NCBI GenBank assembly: GCA_951406725.2
Contig: OX597824.1
Span: 74,276,001 to 74,340,000, forward strand
Reading direction: 5' to 3'
Source of the DNA: Octopus vulgaris
Taxonomy: Eukaryota
Length of the DNA stretch: 64,000 nt
Positions within the stretch are counted from its first letter, which is position 1. Each line of letters opens with the position of its first letter. Position numbers and translations under genes: made by a program. Below are positions 51,744-64,000 of the stretch, piece after piece. The notes below the pieces were generated by a model. It worked only from the letters and a program-made list of their open reading frames with translations, was not told where the DNA came from and made no database searches.

Positions 51744-54189
51744 ACTTCAGTAAATACCACAATGAACAATATCCAAATTACAGTGAAAAATGCTAGCCAC
51801 TGGACTTAGTTAAAAAGAGCTATATTTAATAACCAGTTGATCTAGCAAGCAGGGCCTCATGTCAGCGGTGGGCTGGGGGCTGGTGCACAATGACATTTCA
51901 TTCGCATCACTAACAATGTGATTTTACTTAATCAAAATTTCTTGATTTATTAAATGAAGTGAACTAACAACCACCATATTATTTATTTTATTTTATTTTT
52001 TTTACACAACAGAAATCCCAAGGTAGGTTCTTTTCCTCATGCCTATATTTCTTTAAGTCCTCGATCAAGTACCATTCTGTCCCGCCACTGGGCCACACAA
52101 GTAAAAAAAATTTTTAAAAAAAACAGCAAAGATCCAAATATATCCACACCTAAGGGAAATATCAGCATTGGATTGACTTAAATGAAGGAAGGAATGTCTA
52201 TGTTGTATATAGGAAACTCTTAAAATAAAAAAAAATTCTTCAGTGACTTCAGGGAATTCCTGTTACCATTTACAAAAAGTATGGCACAGATTCAATGAAA
52301 ATTTAGCTTTGACAGAGCTCAAAAGTTGACAATGATGATGATGATGGTGATGATTAGATGGTTGTCCAAATGTTGTTAAGTCACGAATTTCAGGATAACA
52401 TCTCCAAAGGGAGATATAGTTTGCTACTGAGCACAGTGGGAAGGTGATGGTGGTTGTGGTAGTGGTGGTGGTGTACTGGTGGTTGTTGAGGATATAAAAC
52501 AAATAAGCAACAAGTGTTTTTTGCTAACAAGCAGTGCTGGTCCTGAAAAATTGTGTTATTTGAGGTTCTCTTGTGACTGTTTTATGTAAATTGAAATGTA
52601 TACATACATATATATATATATATATACACACACACTCAAATGTGTGTGTGTGTGTGTTTTCATCAACATTTATAAATGTATTGACATGTTTCTTGATGGT
52701 GGTGTTAGTGACGATGGGTGGCTGGGTGGTAGGGGAAAATTGGGGGTGTAGAGTAAAACGAATTAATTTAAAGGCCTCTTTGGTGTTGAAATAAAACTAA
52801 TTGAGAAAGATATAATTACAGCAGCAAAAGGGAAAAAAACCCCACTTTCTACAGGTTTGCATAAGGGATAAAATAGAAAAGGGCTGAAAGTGGTTGAGAA
52901 GAGGGAGAAAGAAGAGAACAAGAGTGAAGAACAGAAAAAAAACGAGAAAAAAAAAAAACTATATGAAGACAAGGGCAAAGGAAATATTCCTTTTTTTTTC
53001 TATTACTATTTTATTATTATTATTATTTTTAATTAACACTACAAACAAAAGAGCATAACTCTTCCTTCTCTCTTTCTTAAATAAATACCGAGATGGGAAG
53101 AAACGGAAAGAAAATTGCATGATTTCCTCTTCAATAAACAACATGTAAGATTTTTTTCACTGAATTAGACCAGACAGAATCCAAACAAATGCCAAGAGAA
53201 TTGGTGCAAATGCACAAATAAAACCATATGCAGTACATTATATGACCAGTAAACTGGGTTTTTTTATATTTTACTATTTTTATATGGTATCAGAATAGAA
53301 TGAAATATATCCTTATATTATTGAATAAATAAATTCTTCTTCTTCTTCATTATTATTATTATTATTATTATTATAATTATTACTACTACTACTAAGGTGG
53401 CGAGCTGGCAGAATCGTTAGCACACCAGGCAAAATGCTTAGTGGCATATCGTCTGCCTTTACATTCTGAGTTCAAATTCTGCCAAGGTCGACTTTGCCGT
53501 TCATCCTTTCAGAGTCAATAAATTAATTACTAGTGAAACACTGGGGTTGATGTAATTGACTAGTTATTAAATTTCAGGCCTTGTGCCTTTAGTAGAAAGG
53601 ATTATTATTATTGTGGTGAGCTAGCAGAATCATTAGCATGCCAGGCAAAATACTTAGCGTTATTTCATCTGACACTACGTTCTGGGTTCAAATACCACTG
53701 AAGTCAACTTTACCTTTCATCTTTTGGGGGTCAATCAATTAAGTACCACTGAAACACTGGGTTGATGTCATCAACTTACTCCCTCCCCCAAAATTCCAGG
53801 CCTTGTGCCTGGAAGGTGGTGAGCTGGAAGAATTGCTAGTGCAAAGTACAAAATGCTTAGCAGCATTTCTTTTGGGTCTTAATGATCTGAGTTCAAATCC
53901 TGCCATGGTCAACTTTACCTTTCATCCTTTCAGGGCCAATATAATCAACTACCTCACCATCTTAAAATTCCTAACCTTGTTATGACCCTTTACATTTTGA
54001 ATTCAAATCCCACCAATGTCAACTTTGCCTTTCATTCCTCCAGGGTCAACAAAATAAACTACCAGTTATGTTAGATGTGCTGGTAGAAAGATAAAACCCC
54101 ATAGTTGTTGGCAATAAAAAGTACAGAAAACTATAAAAAATAACATGCCTAAAAAGGAAGGATCAATGAAAAAGGAAAGGACTCTTTAA

Positions 54190-54965
54190 CCCTTTAGCAT
54201 TTAAACTAGCCATATCTAAACATGGCCCAAATATTCTACCTGTTTTTGTACAAACCAGCCAGCTCTGATCTCTCACCCCTACCCTACAAACTAATCTATA
54301 AAATGAAGAAGGCGAACATTGACACAAATTGGATTTCTATGTAAAAAGGGTTCTAAATGGGGCTGGAAACGGATTAAAATTTACAGTAAGGGGTAACTTG
54401 AGGTGAGAAATTGATTGGGAGACATTTTGGGGTGCTACAGTGGTTGCTTTGGTGAGTCTACTATCCTGAGATTCTATCCCTTCAAACTTTAGCTCGCAAG
54501 TTCATCTGTCCCTTTTAAATGTAAGTGTTTTGCTGTCCGCCTTGAAGCAGACCTTTCCGTTGTCACTGCCTGATATTTATGATTGATCTTTCAAAATATT
54601 TTCTTTCTAAACTTACTCAAGATCTTTTGTTTTTTTATAAATGGGAGAGGGATAGAGTAAGATAGAGAGTAAGAGAAAGCGAGGGAGAGTCTGAGAGAAA
54701 GGAAGAGTAAGAGAGTAGGAAAGTGACAGAGAAAGGAGAGAGAAACAGAGGGAGAATGTGGCGATATGAAACAGAAAGGAAGCAACAGAAAGTAACAACC
54801 ACACCCTCACCCGCGCATAGAGCGGGTCACCTTAACCTAGTGTCATTCTAAAAATAAAAAGTCACGTTATAAAAACATCGAAGTTATGAGATGATGCATG
54901 ATTAATTCAAAACAATGTAAATAAATAAGTGTTAGATTTAACAGAGAAATCTGAATGTAAAAGGG
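54190..54965 (+). mobile_element. piggyBac-type MITE (second family) containing a nested Helitron
   Basis: TTAA flanks and CCCTTT...AAAGGG ends; uninterrupted relative at ~14890-15110. Confidence 0.75.
54290..54840 (+). mobile_element. Non-autonomous Helitron
   Basis: 3' hairpin ACCCGC-GCATAGA-GCGGGT followed by CTAG; splits host sequence CCCTACAA|TGTCATT at an A|T site without a TSD. Confidence 0.8.
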
Positions 54966-56344
54966 TTAAGAGTTATAGTAAAGGCAACTCACGGAGAAGA
55001 CAAGCAACACAATAAAATCTCATATCATGAACTGTTTAGACCTGGTGGACAACTTCAGTAATATTGAAAATACAATAAAATTCACTCAATGTCTGCTGTA
55101 AACTGGTTAATGGTAGGAAAAGCATCCAACCGTAGAAATTGTATCAAAATAAATACACAGCAATAAAGATTGGCTTTCTTTTTCTGCTGTTATTATCATC
55201 ATCGCTTAACGTCTGCTTTCCATGCTGGCATGGGTTGGACAGTTTGACCGAAGACTGGCAAGCCAGAAGGCTGTACCAAGCTCCAATTTGATCTGGCAAA
55301 GTTTCTTCAGCTGGATGCCCTTCCTAACGCCAACCACTCAATGAGTGTATTGAGTGCTTTTCACATGCCACTGGCATGAAGGTCAGTCAGGCAACACTGG
55401 CATCGACCAAGCTTGAATGGTGTTTTTTTATGTGCCACCAGCACAGGAGCCAATCAGGCAGTACTAGCAATGACCATGCTCAAATGGTGCTTTTTACATG
55501 CCACCGGCATGGGAGCCAGTCAGGTGGTACTGGCATTGGCCACATGAAATAATGACGGACTCTGACAAGTGATGAAAAGTTGTTCAAACCACATCAGCTT
55601 GGAGAAAGCAAAGTCTAAAGATGGTGATGATGATGGCAGTGGTGGTGATGATACACCTGTGAACTAAACTAATAATGTTAAACCTCTTTGGTTTGTAACC
55701 AATTGGTGGTTAACATCTGGACAAAACTGGTTTGGGCTGGTCTTGTGAGGTAATCTAATGTATGGCATTGTTTTATTCACCAAACTTTACAGAAGAGGTC
55801 AAGGGTTGATTTTATATCTTTTGTTTCTCAAGGTGACACATATTCCTTCACAGTTTTTGTGTTTCTGTGTGTATGCACACGCAAATGAGAGAGAACAAAG
55901 AGAGCAAAGTCAACAACACACAAGAGAGAGAGAGAGAGCAAATAATGTGAAGAGAAGAATGAGAAAGTATAACGCTCAGGAATTGAAAAAGTCTTTTACG
56001 TTTTGAGCCTACGCTCTTCTACAGAAAGGGACACAGAAAAAAACAAGGAGAGAAACAAGGAAAGAAAAAAAAATGTGTGTGGTGGCTACATAAAATATAT
56101 ATATATATTTTATTTATTTATTTTTTTATTTGTGTGCGTGTCTGTGTTTGTTCTCCTGCCATTTCTTGACAACTTAGTGGTTCAACAAAAGATCTTGATA
56201 GAATAAGTATTAGGCTTAGAACGAATACGTTCTGGGGTGGATTTCTTTGAGACAGTAAGAATTAATAAAGGAAACAAGAGGAGGAAAGGGGCCAGAATGG
56301 AGAAACTGAAGGAATAAAAAAAGGGATGCAAAAAGTAAAGAAAG

Positions 56345-56395
<51 letters not shown>

Positions 56396-56770
56396 ATATA
56401 TAAAGATAAATGAAAATGATAAAAATGATTATTATTAGGTTGAGGTGGTGAGAGATGAATGCTTTGATCAGAGGCATAGTGCATCACAAATGAGGAGATA
56501 TGAATGTGCAAACTGATCTGATTGGTCAACAGAGCTGTGGTGTAGCCAATCACACCTTACAAAACAAATCTCTTACACACATCGCATAGATATACATCAT
56601 ACAAACAGATGCAATGTCAAGACAAAGAGACACATACACACACATGCACACACACACACACACACACATACACACACACATATAAATTTAGTTAGTCTGT
56701 ATTATTGCAACTGTATGAAGAAGAGTAACACTGAGTAACCGTTTATGAAGTCTTCTTCAGCTTTAATGAA

Positions 56771-56801
<31 letters not shown>

Positions 56802-57101
56802 AACAAATATATATATACACACACACACACATGTACAGCGTGCACTACTAAAGCCAGTTTTGGTGCAATTTGAACTCAGTATGCGGGTAAGATGAAATTT
56901 AAGACTATTAAGACATTTCAGATATGTGCCACCCCATGTCTGCTTACCCCACCCCAGTTTTGTATCACATTAAACATGGAAATGAGAAGAAAGACAGAGA
57001 CGGCGAGAAACATGGAAAAAGACGGAGACAAAACAAAATATGAAGAAAGAAAGAGAAAGAGGGGTAGAGAAAGACAGAGAGGGAAAGGAAGATAAACAAA
57101 A

Positions 57102-57146
<45 letters not shown>

Positions 57147-57342
57147 AAGATAGATAGATAGATAAATAGAAATACATACATACATATATACATACATACA
57201 TTACAGACAGACACATAAAATTTTTAAAATACATAAATACAATACTTTACAAATCAGTGTTTACATGTTTTAGTTACTAACAATATATTGGAAGGAATAT
57301 AAGAGACAGTAGAGAAAGAGAGTCACAGAATATGTTACATAC

Positions 57343-57409
57343 CTGTCAGGTAAATGTTCACGCCTCTGGCCTCTTGCGGAGGCATCTGCTGGTGTGGCAG
57401 CTGAAGAAT
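57343..57409 (-). CDS. FGD6: Probable upstream FGD6-like exon: (x)SSAATPADASARGQRREHLPD(R)
   Basis: Strong acceptor ttcttctccag, donor CAG|gtatgt, 67 nt, GC-rich island; phase 1 to 2 is open and in frame with exon 41606-41772. Confidence 0.65.
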
Positions 57410-57715
57410 CTGGAGAAGAATGGAATAGAGTAGCATTAAGAATAAGTCATACAATTATGGAGAAGAATTGAGAATGAATAGTTTGGATAAGATGAAAATA
57501 ACAGTAGTGGTGAGCGGGAGGTGATGGACGGTTAGATAGGTAGATAGATATAGGTGCAAGCGTTGATGTATGGTAAGAAGCTTGCTTCCCAACCACATGG
57601 TTCTGAGTTCAGTCCCATTGTGTGGCACCTTGGGCAAGTGTCTTCTACTATAGTCTTGGGCCAGCCAAAGCCTTGAGAGTGGATTTGGTAGATGGAAACT
57701 GAAAGAAGCCTGTTG

Positions 57716-57752
<37 letters not shown>

Positions 57753-57761
57753 ATGTATACA

Positions 57762-58121
57762 CAGGGTGATTCAAAAGTCTCCATACATAGGAAAAATTAT
57801 TTTTTTATATAAGAAACAGTTTATAAGATCCCCTAGATTCCTTGATCTGACCCCTCTTGATTTCTATCTCTGGGGACATTTGAAAAGATAAAAGATATAA
57901 ATCATTTGAAGGAATACATCACCAACTCATTTGCACATGGATCACCAGATGTGCTATTACAAGTTCACAATGAGTGGGGTAAACCTATTGCAATGTGTAT
58001 TCAAAACAATGGTAACCAAACAGAGCTTGTTAAATAAAATTTTAAAAAAACTGTTCTTATAAACAGTTTCTTATAAAAAAGATAAATTGTTCCTATGTAT
58101 GGCGATTTTTCAATCACCCTG
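57762..58121 (+). mobile_element. Internally deleted Tc1/mariner-superfamily transposon
   Basis: TIRs CAGGGTGATT...CATACATAGGAA / TTCCTATGTATG...AATCACCCTG-TA; 57832-57885 translates PRFLDLTPLDFYLWGHLK, the (S)PDL.P.D..LWG.LK transposase motif. Confidence 0.88.
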
Positions 58122-58133
58122 TATCTATATCTA

Positions 58134-58175
<42 letters not shown>

Positions 58176-58200
58176 CTTGCAAGGTGCCACATGAGTGAAA

Positions 58201-58556
58201 ATATATAGGAAAGATGGTTTGAAAATGTAGAGGTCTTTTAAAGTTGTTTAATAACTTGACCGGTTTCGCTTTTTTAAAAAAAAGGTTGTCAAAAGTAAAA
58301 TGTAAAGCTTTGTATAAGCTTAGTTGTGTTAAAAAATGGCTATCATTGTCAAAGATTCTATTTTTTAACATTTTCTTATCATTATCAAAGACTGTATAAC
58401 TTTATTTTAATACAACTATCATAACCATTTTTTTTAACACAACAAACCTTTAACAAAGCTTTACATTTTACTTTCAACAACCTTTTTAAAAAAAAAGTGA
58501 AACTGGTCAAGTCAATAAATATCTTTAAAAGACCTCTGCATTTTCAAACACTCTTT

Positions 58557-58565
<9 letters not shown>
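58201..58565. mobile_element. Foldback-type element with ~140-bp imperfect inverted arms
   Basis: 58201-58342 pairs with 58422-58565 (e.g. AAAGTAAAATGTAAAGCTTTGT / ACAAAGCTTTACATTTTACTTT); TA-flanked. Confidence 0.75.
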
Positions 58566-58598
<33 letters not shown>

Positions 58599-58989
58599 CA
58601 AAAAAAAAACAAAAGACGAAGACAGGTGGTGTAGAAAACAAACAGATGTATTAGTATAACGCTCAGGAATTGAGAAAGTCTTTTACATTTCGAGCCTACG
58701 CTCTTCTACAGAAAAGGACACAGAAAAAAACAAGGAAAGAAAAAAAATGTGTGTAGTGGGTACATAAAATATATATATATTTTATTTATTTATTTGTGTG
58801 TGTGTCTGTGTTTGTCCCCCTGCCATTGCTTGACAACTGAAGCTGGTGTGTTTAAGTCCCCGTAACTTAGTGGTTAGTACTAGGGTTAGAAAGAATAAGT
58901 TCTGGGATTGATTTCTTTGATTAAAACACTTTAAGGCGGTGCTCCAGCATGGGTGCAGTCAAATGACTGAAACAAGTAATAGAATAAAA

Positions 58990-59034
<45 letters not shown>

Positions 59035-59415
59035 ACGTCATGAGAATTTACAAACTTCCAAGAGAATGTGAGATGAATCATGTTTGGAATGGTGAAATTT
59101 GAAACAGATAAAGCTATAAATAATAGTGTGTGAATATTGTATTAAAAGACTCTTTGGATGCAATAAAGCCAAAGGCTGCCCAAGTGACTCAACCCATATC
59201 TTCTATAAACATGACAGATGTTCTACCACTGGACCAAAGCAATTGTTCGAATTTTTCTATCCGTTTTAGAAACTATGTTGTTGCCAGCGAGAATTGTGTT
59301 GTTGACGTCATATAAGAATTCAAGAAACTTCAAGAAAACACGAAATAGTTCTTTTACCCACACGCACACACACATATATTAACAGGGAGAAATATATTCA
59401 CACACATACACACAC

Positions 59416-59498
<83 letters not shown>

Positions 59499-60634
59499 CA
59501 TATATATATATACATATATATATACATATATATATATATAGACAGAGAAATATATTCACACACGCTACAAATATATATATATCAAATAGGTAGACAGACA
59601 AACAGGTAGGCATACAATACTAATTTAAAGAAAAGGTGACATGAAGGCTGAAGAATGCAATAAGAAAAAGATATGAGAGAGAGAGAGAAATATTGGCTAC
59701 ATTACCAGTGGGAATAAAATAGGAATGAAGAAGTCTTAAACACCAGCATCATATTATGTTATCGTCTCACTTTTTGTTGTTATTGAGGCACATGAGAATC
59801 AAAATATGTATATACATATGTGTGTAATAGTGGTTTTTTTTTTTTTTAAATGAGGGAAAAAAACAAAGTTTTAAACAGTTTCATAAACAGGTTCAGTTTG
59901 CTTTTCATTCATTCTTTCTTTTTTTTTTGGTCTTTGCAAAACTCTTCATATTCTTTACCCTATCACTTGATTACTCTACACAGGAGTAAAATTGATTTAA
60001 AAATCTGTCAATTGCAACAAACTAGCTGAATATTCTTCAACAAAGTGATGAATTTGATGTATTTATAGTATTTTTAATGAAAGCAAACAAACTCCTGATG
60101 ATGAATTTTGGGGGTGGTTTGGTTATTTTTATTTTTTTAGACCAAGGTAAGCTGTGTAGGTGAGATCTTAGGTGTGTATATTTTCATTGTTTGCTTGTTT
60201 TTGCTTTTTGGTGTGGAATAAATTATTATTGGGTCGGTGTTAATTGAACGGGAAGGATGGAAGAACACATGCACACAGACACACATGCACACAGACACAC
60301 ATGCACAGACACACAGACACATAAAGCAACAAACCAACCCACCCACTCATTTACTCACTCCATTTCAACTAAGGTATGTTGTTTCATTGCTTTTCCTTGC
60401 TGTTGCATTAGCTGTTTTGATATTTAACAATTGAAAGAAATTGTAAAGAAATTTCAAGTAAAATGAGGTAATAGATATAAAAAACTTTAAAACAAATAAA
60501 TCAAAATTTGGCACAAAATACAATGAAGTACACACACATGTACACATGTGCATATTTGCATATATGTATAAATATATATGCACACATACACACATATCTA
60601 TATATATGTACACACACATAGTCACACATATGTA

Positions 60635-60679
<45 letters not shown>

Positions 60680-62047
60680 GGGTTTGTATGATTGTGTATA
60701 GAGGGATATATATTATTCAAAGAAATTCCAACTCTGTTTTTTTATGTTTTATTTATATTCTTTAAAATATTAATGTAGAATATAGAATATATAGTATAAA
60801 TAAAATATATATAGTAAAATGAAATGAAGTATTGTCTTATTGAATAGATGAAATATTGAATATCAAATATTAAGGGACTAGTATACTTTCTTGCATTATA
60901 GCAGTCTTCAAGGTCCCAGGTTGTGACAGGAGTGTTTCAACTGTATATATATATGTATATATATATATAGATAGATAGATATGTATATATGTATGTATTT
61001 GTGTGTCTGTGTTTGTCATGGCAAAAGAGTTTATTCCAAAAGGAGCAGTGTTACAGTAGTACTACCAAATCAAGGACTTTGCGAAATTGACCAAAATCTT
61101 CAGTGTGTAAGTCTACCCAAAGAAGAGATTCAGACTTCCCATTACACATATTAATCATTCTTAGACCATTGCTTCTCATATCTTCTCCTCTCTAGAATGC
61201 AAGAACTGATAGCGAAGAAAGGAGGTGAGCTGGCAGAAAGGTTAGCATGCTGGACGAAATGCTTAGCGGTATTTGGTCTGTCGTTACATTCTGAGTTCAA
61301 ATTCCACCAAGGTCGACTTTGCCTTTCATCCTTTTGGGGTCGATAAATTAAGTACCAGTTACATACTGAGGTCAATGTAATTGACTTAATCCCTTTGTCT
61401 GTCCTTGTTTGTCCTCTCTATGTTTAGCCCCTTGTGGGCAATAAAGAAATAAGAATGAAAGAGCCGACTTTCTAGTGACCACATGGTCCAGCTTCTAGGG
61501 TGCAGCAAGTGCCTGGCAGTATTTGGCATAAAGCTAAAACTCTGAGAGGGGGATACAACATATGTGATTAACCATTAAATACCTTATTTCTTCATATAAC
61601 TGGTATGTTTATATTATCAATGCAAAAAAAAAATTAAAGAGAAAGTTGGCCTTAGTGGGACTTGAGCTCAAAACACGCGTGGGAAGAGGAAGAAAAAATG
61701 ATTTATAAGAAAGAAAATAGAAAGAGAAAGAAAAATGACAAAGCAGAAAGAGAAAATAAGAAAAGGGGAGAGAGAAAGAGAAAAAAAGAAGAAAAGGGAG
61801 AAGAAAAGAAAAAGGCAGAAAGACAACAAAAGAAAATTAATAAAAAAAAAGAACAAAGAGAAACAGGGAGATAACTCTTCTCCTCCCCTCTACCCTTCTT
61901 TAACAAGTGGAGTAGAAATGAAGTTAGACATTAATGCAAGAGATATGTGTTGAGACAGATGTATTCAGAAAACATCAGATTTAGTTAAATCCTTAATGTA
62001 GTCATCCATTTGTGTGTGTTTAGTGTGTTTAATATGTTTTGACAAGG

Positions 62048-62466
62048 AGGGCAGCGAGCTGGCAGAATCATTAGCACGCCGGATGAAATGCGTAGCCGTA
62101 TTTCGTCTGCCGCTACATTCTGAGTTCAAATTCTGCCGAGGTCAACTTTGCTTTTCATCCTTTCAGGGTCGATTAAATAAGTACCAGTTACGCACTGGGG
62201 TCGATATAATCGACTTAATCCGTTTGTCTGTCCTTGTTTGTCCCCTCTGTTTTTAGCCCCTTGTGAGTAGTAAAGAAATAGGTATTTTTCCTGCCATTTT
62301 GCTCTGAGTTCAAATTCCACGGAGGTCGACTTTGCCTTTCATCCTTTTGGAGACTGTTAAATAAGTACCAGTTACGTACTGGGGTTGATGTAATCAACTT
62401 AATCCGTTTGTCTGTTCTTGTTTGTCCCCTCTAGGTTTAGCCCACCCTATGGGAAATAAAGAAATA
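62048..62466 (+). mobile_element. Dimeric SINE B under one TSD
   Basis: TSD AATATGTTTTGA at 62031-62042 and 62467-62478; junction AAAGAAATA|GGTATTT at 62280/62281. Confidence 0.8.
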
Positions 62467-63294
62467 AATATGTTTTGATAAGGTTAGTTTTATATATGTA
62501 TTCTGGAGTGATGTAGAACTGGGGCCAAGTTCTCCAACAAACTCTGTTGATGCCAACCATACAAGCTCAAAACCTATCTTTCTTTTATCATTAACTTGCT
62601 TCACTCATTGAACTGCAGTCAAGGTGGGTCTTTTGACCCATCTAGAAGAGCAGCAATGATTTGGTCAATCCATGTTAGCATAGAAAGTAAACATAATATG
62701 ACGATGATGATGAAAGGGTATCATAAATATCATCAAGCCAATAAATACCATATTTGTCTTGGGAATCTCAACACCTGATGGAGTAGTAACAGAGTTATTA
62801 TACACAAGCACCCACTACACTCGCGGAGTGGTTGGTGTTAGGAAGGGCATCCAGCTGTAGAAACACTGCCAGATCAGACTGGAGCCTGGAGCAGCCCCTG
62901 GCTCCCCAGACCCCGGTCGAACCGTCCAACCCATGCTAGCGCAGAAAACGGACGTTAAACGATGATGATGATGATGGTGGAAAGGCAGCAGAATCGTTAG
63001 CATGCTGGACAAAGTGCTTAGCGGCATTTTGTCTGAGTTCAAATTCCACCAAGGTTGACTTTACCTTTCATCCTTTCGAGGCCAATTAATTAATTACCAG
63101 TGAAACACGGGGGTGGAGGTGTCAATGTAATTGACTAGTCCCCTCCCCCAAAATTTCAGGCCTTGTGCGTCTAGTAGAAAAGATTATGACATATGGTGTG
63201 TCTTGAATGTTTTTTAGACATGGTGAGCTTATTCTTCTTCACTTTTGACATCATCTGAGTTGTTTCAGAAAGAGAGCAGAAATATTCCTTTCTG

Positions 63295-63683
63295 CTCTAG
63301 GCACAAGGCCTGAAATTTTGGGGAGGGGGCCAGTTGATTAGATTGACCCCAGTACACAACTGGTACTTAATTTATCGACCCCGAAAGGATGTAAGGCAAA
63401 GTCGACCTCGGTGGAATTTGAACTCAGAATGTAAAGACAGGTGAAATACCTATTCTTTTACTACCCACAAGGGGCTAAACACAGAGAGGACAAACAAGGA
63501 CAGACAAACAGATTAAGTCGATTACATCGACCCCAGTGCGTAACTGGTACTTAATTTATTGACACTGAAAGGATGAAAGGCAAAGTTGACCTAGGCGGAA
63601 TTTGAACTCGGAACGTAACGGCAGATGAAATACGGCTACACATTTCACCCGGCGTGCTAACGTTTCTGCCAGCTCGCCACCTT
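63295..63683 (-). mobile_element. Dimeric/chimeric SINE B
   Basis: Same junction type at 63450/63451; the second unit carries the alternative AAATTTCAGGCCTTGTGCC tail. Confidence 0.75.
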
Positions 63684-63895
63684 GTGAGACAGAAAGAATG
63701 AGAGAGCTGGTGGAGGAGAAAGAGAGAGAGAAGAATCAACTAGTACAGGTCTGGTATTTTATCAATCTAAAAATGCTGTTAGTTAACACTGACCAGGTAT
63801 GACTCATTTTGGCACAGTCATTTTGAGCCTGCCTATTTGGTATTGCTGATTCAATACTGACTTATTTGAAGTCAGACAATCTAATGTTTCTCTCA

Positions 63896-63937
<42 letters not shown>

Positions 63938-64000
63938 TTATGTGAGTGAGCCATATTTCTTGATGTGTACAAGGAGAGGGGAAAGTGTTTACATCAATCA

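Noticed and set aside
52263-52502. Possible extra FGD6-like exon ending TG|gtaaca at 52267
   Set aside because: Splicing to 41772 creates TGA or an out-of-frame product; low-complexity content.

Overview
AT-rich, microsatellite- and SINE-dense animal genomic DNA. The repeat families look like those of Octopus or another coleoid cephalopod (inference, not database-checked). The window is dominated by one minus-strand spliced gene, an FGD6-like FYVE/RhoGEF(DH)/PH-domain Cdc42 GEF. I traced 21 GT-AG exons from 57409 down to a TAG at 5978. All phases are compatible and give about 1410 codons; the start exon is unresolved. Introns and flanks hold three tRNA-like SINE families, RTE-type LINE remnants, Helitron/Helentron-type elements, and piggyBac-, hAT- and Tc1/mariner-type MITEs. 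The most notable hidden signal is a Penelope-like element (PLE) set that the ORF track misses. It comprises a decayed GIY-YIG endonuclease fragment (83-504), several (TA)n-embedded insertions with minimal type-I hammerhead-like folds (best at 19292-19385), and inverted-repeat ends including a perfect 103-bp palindrome. Other points are SINE dimers sharing one junction, an 87-bp SINE-derived minisatellite, and a degenerate 17-bp array in the likely 3'UTR. No CRISPR array or prokaryotic system was found.
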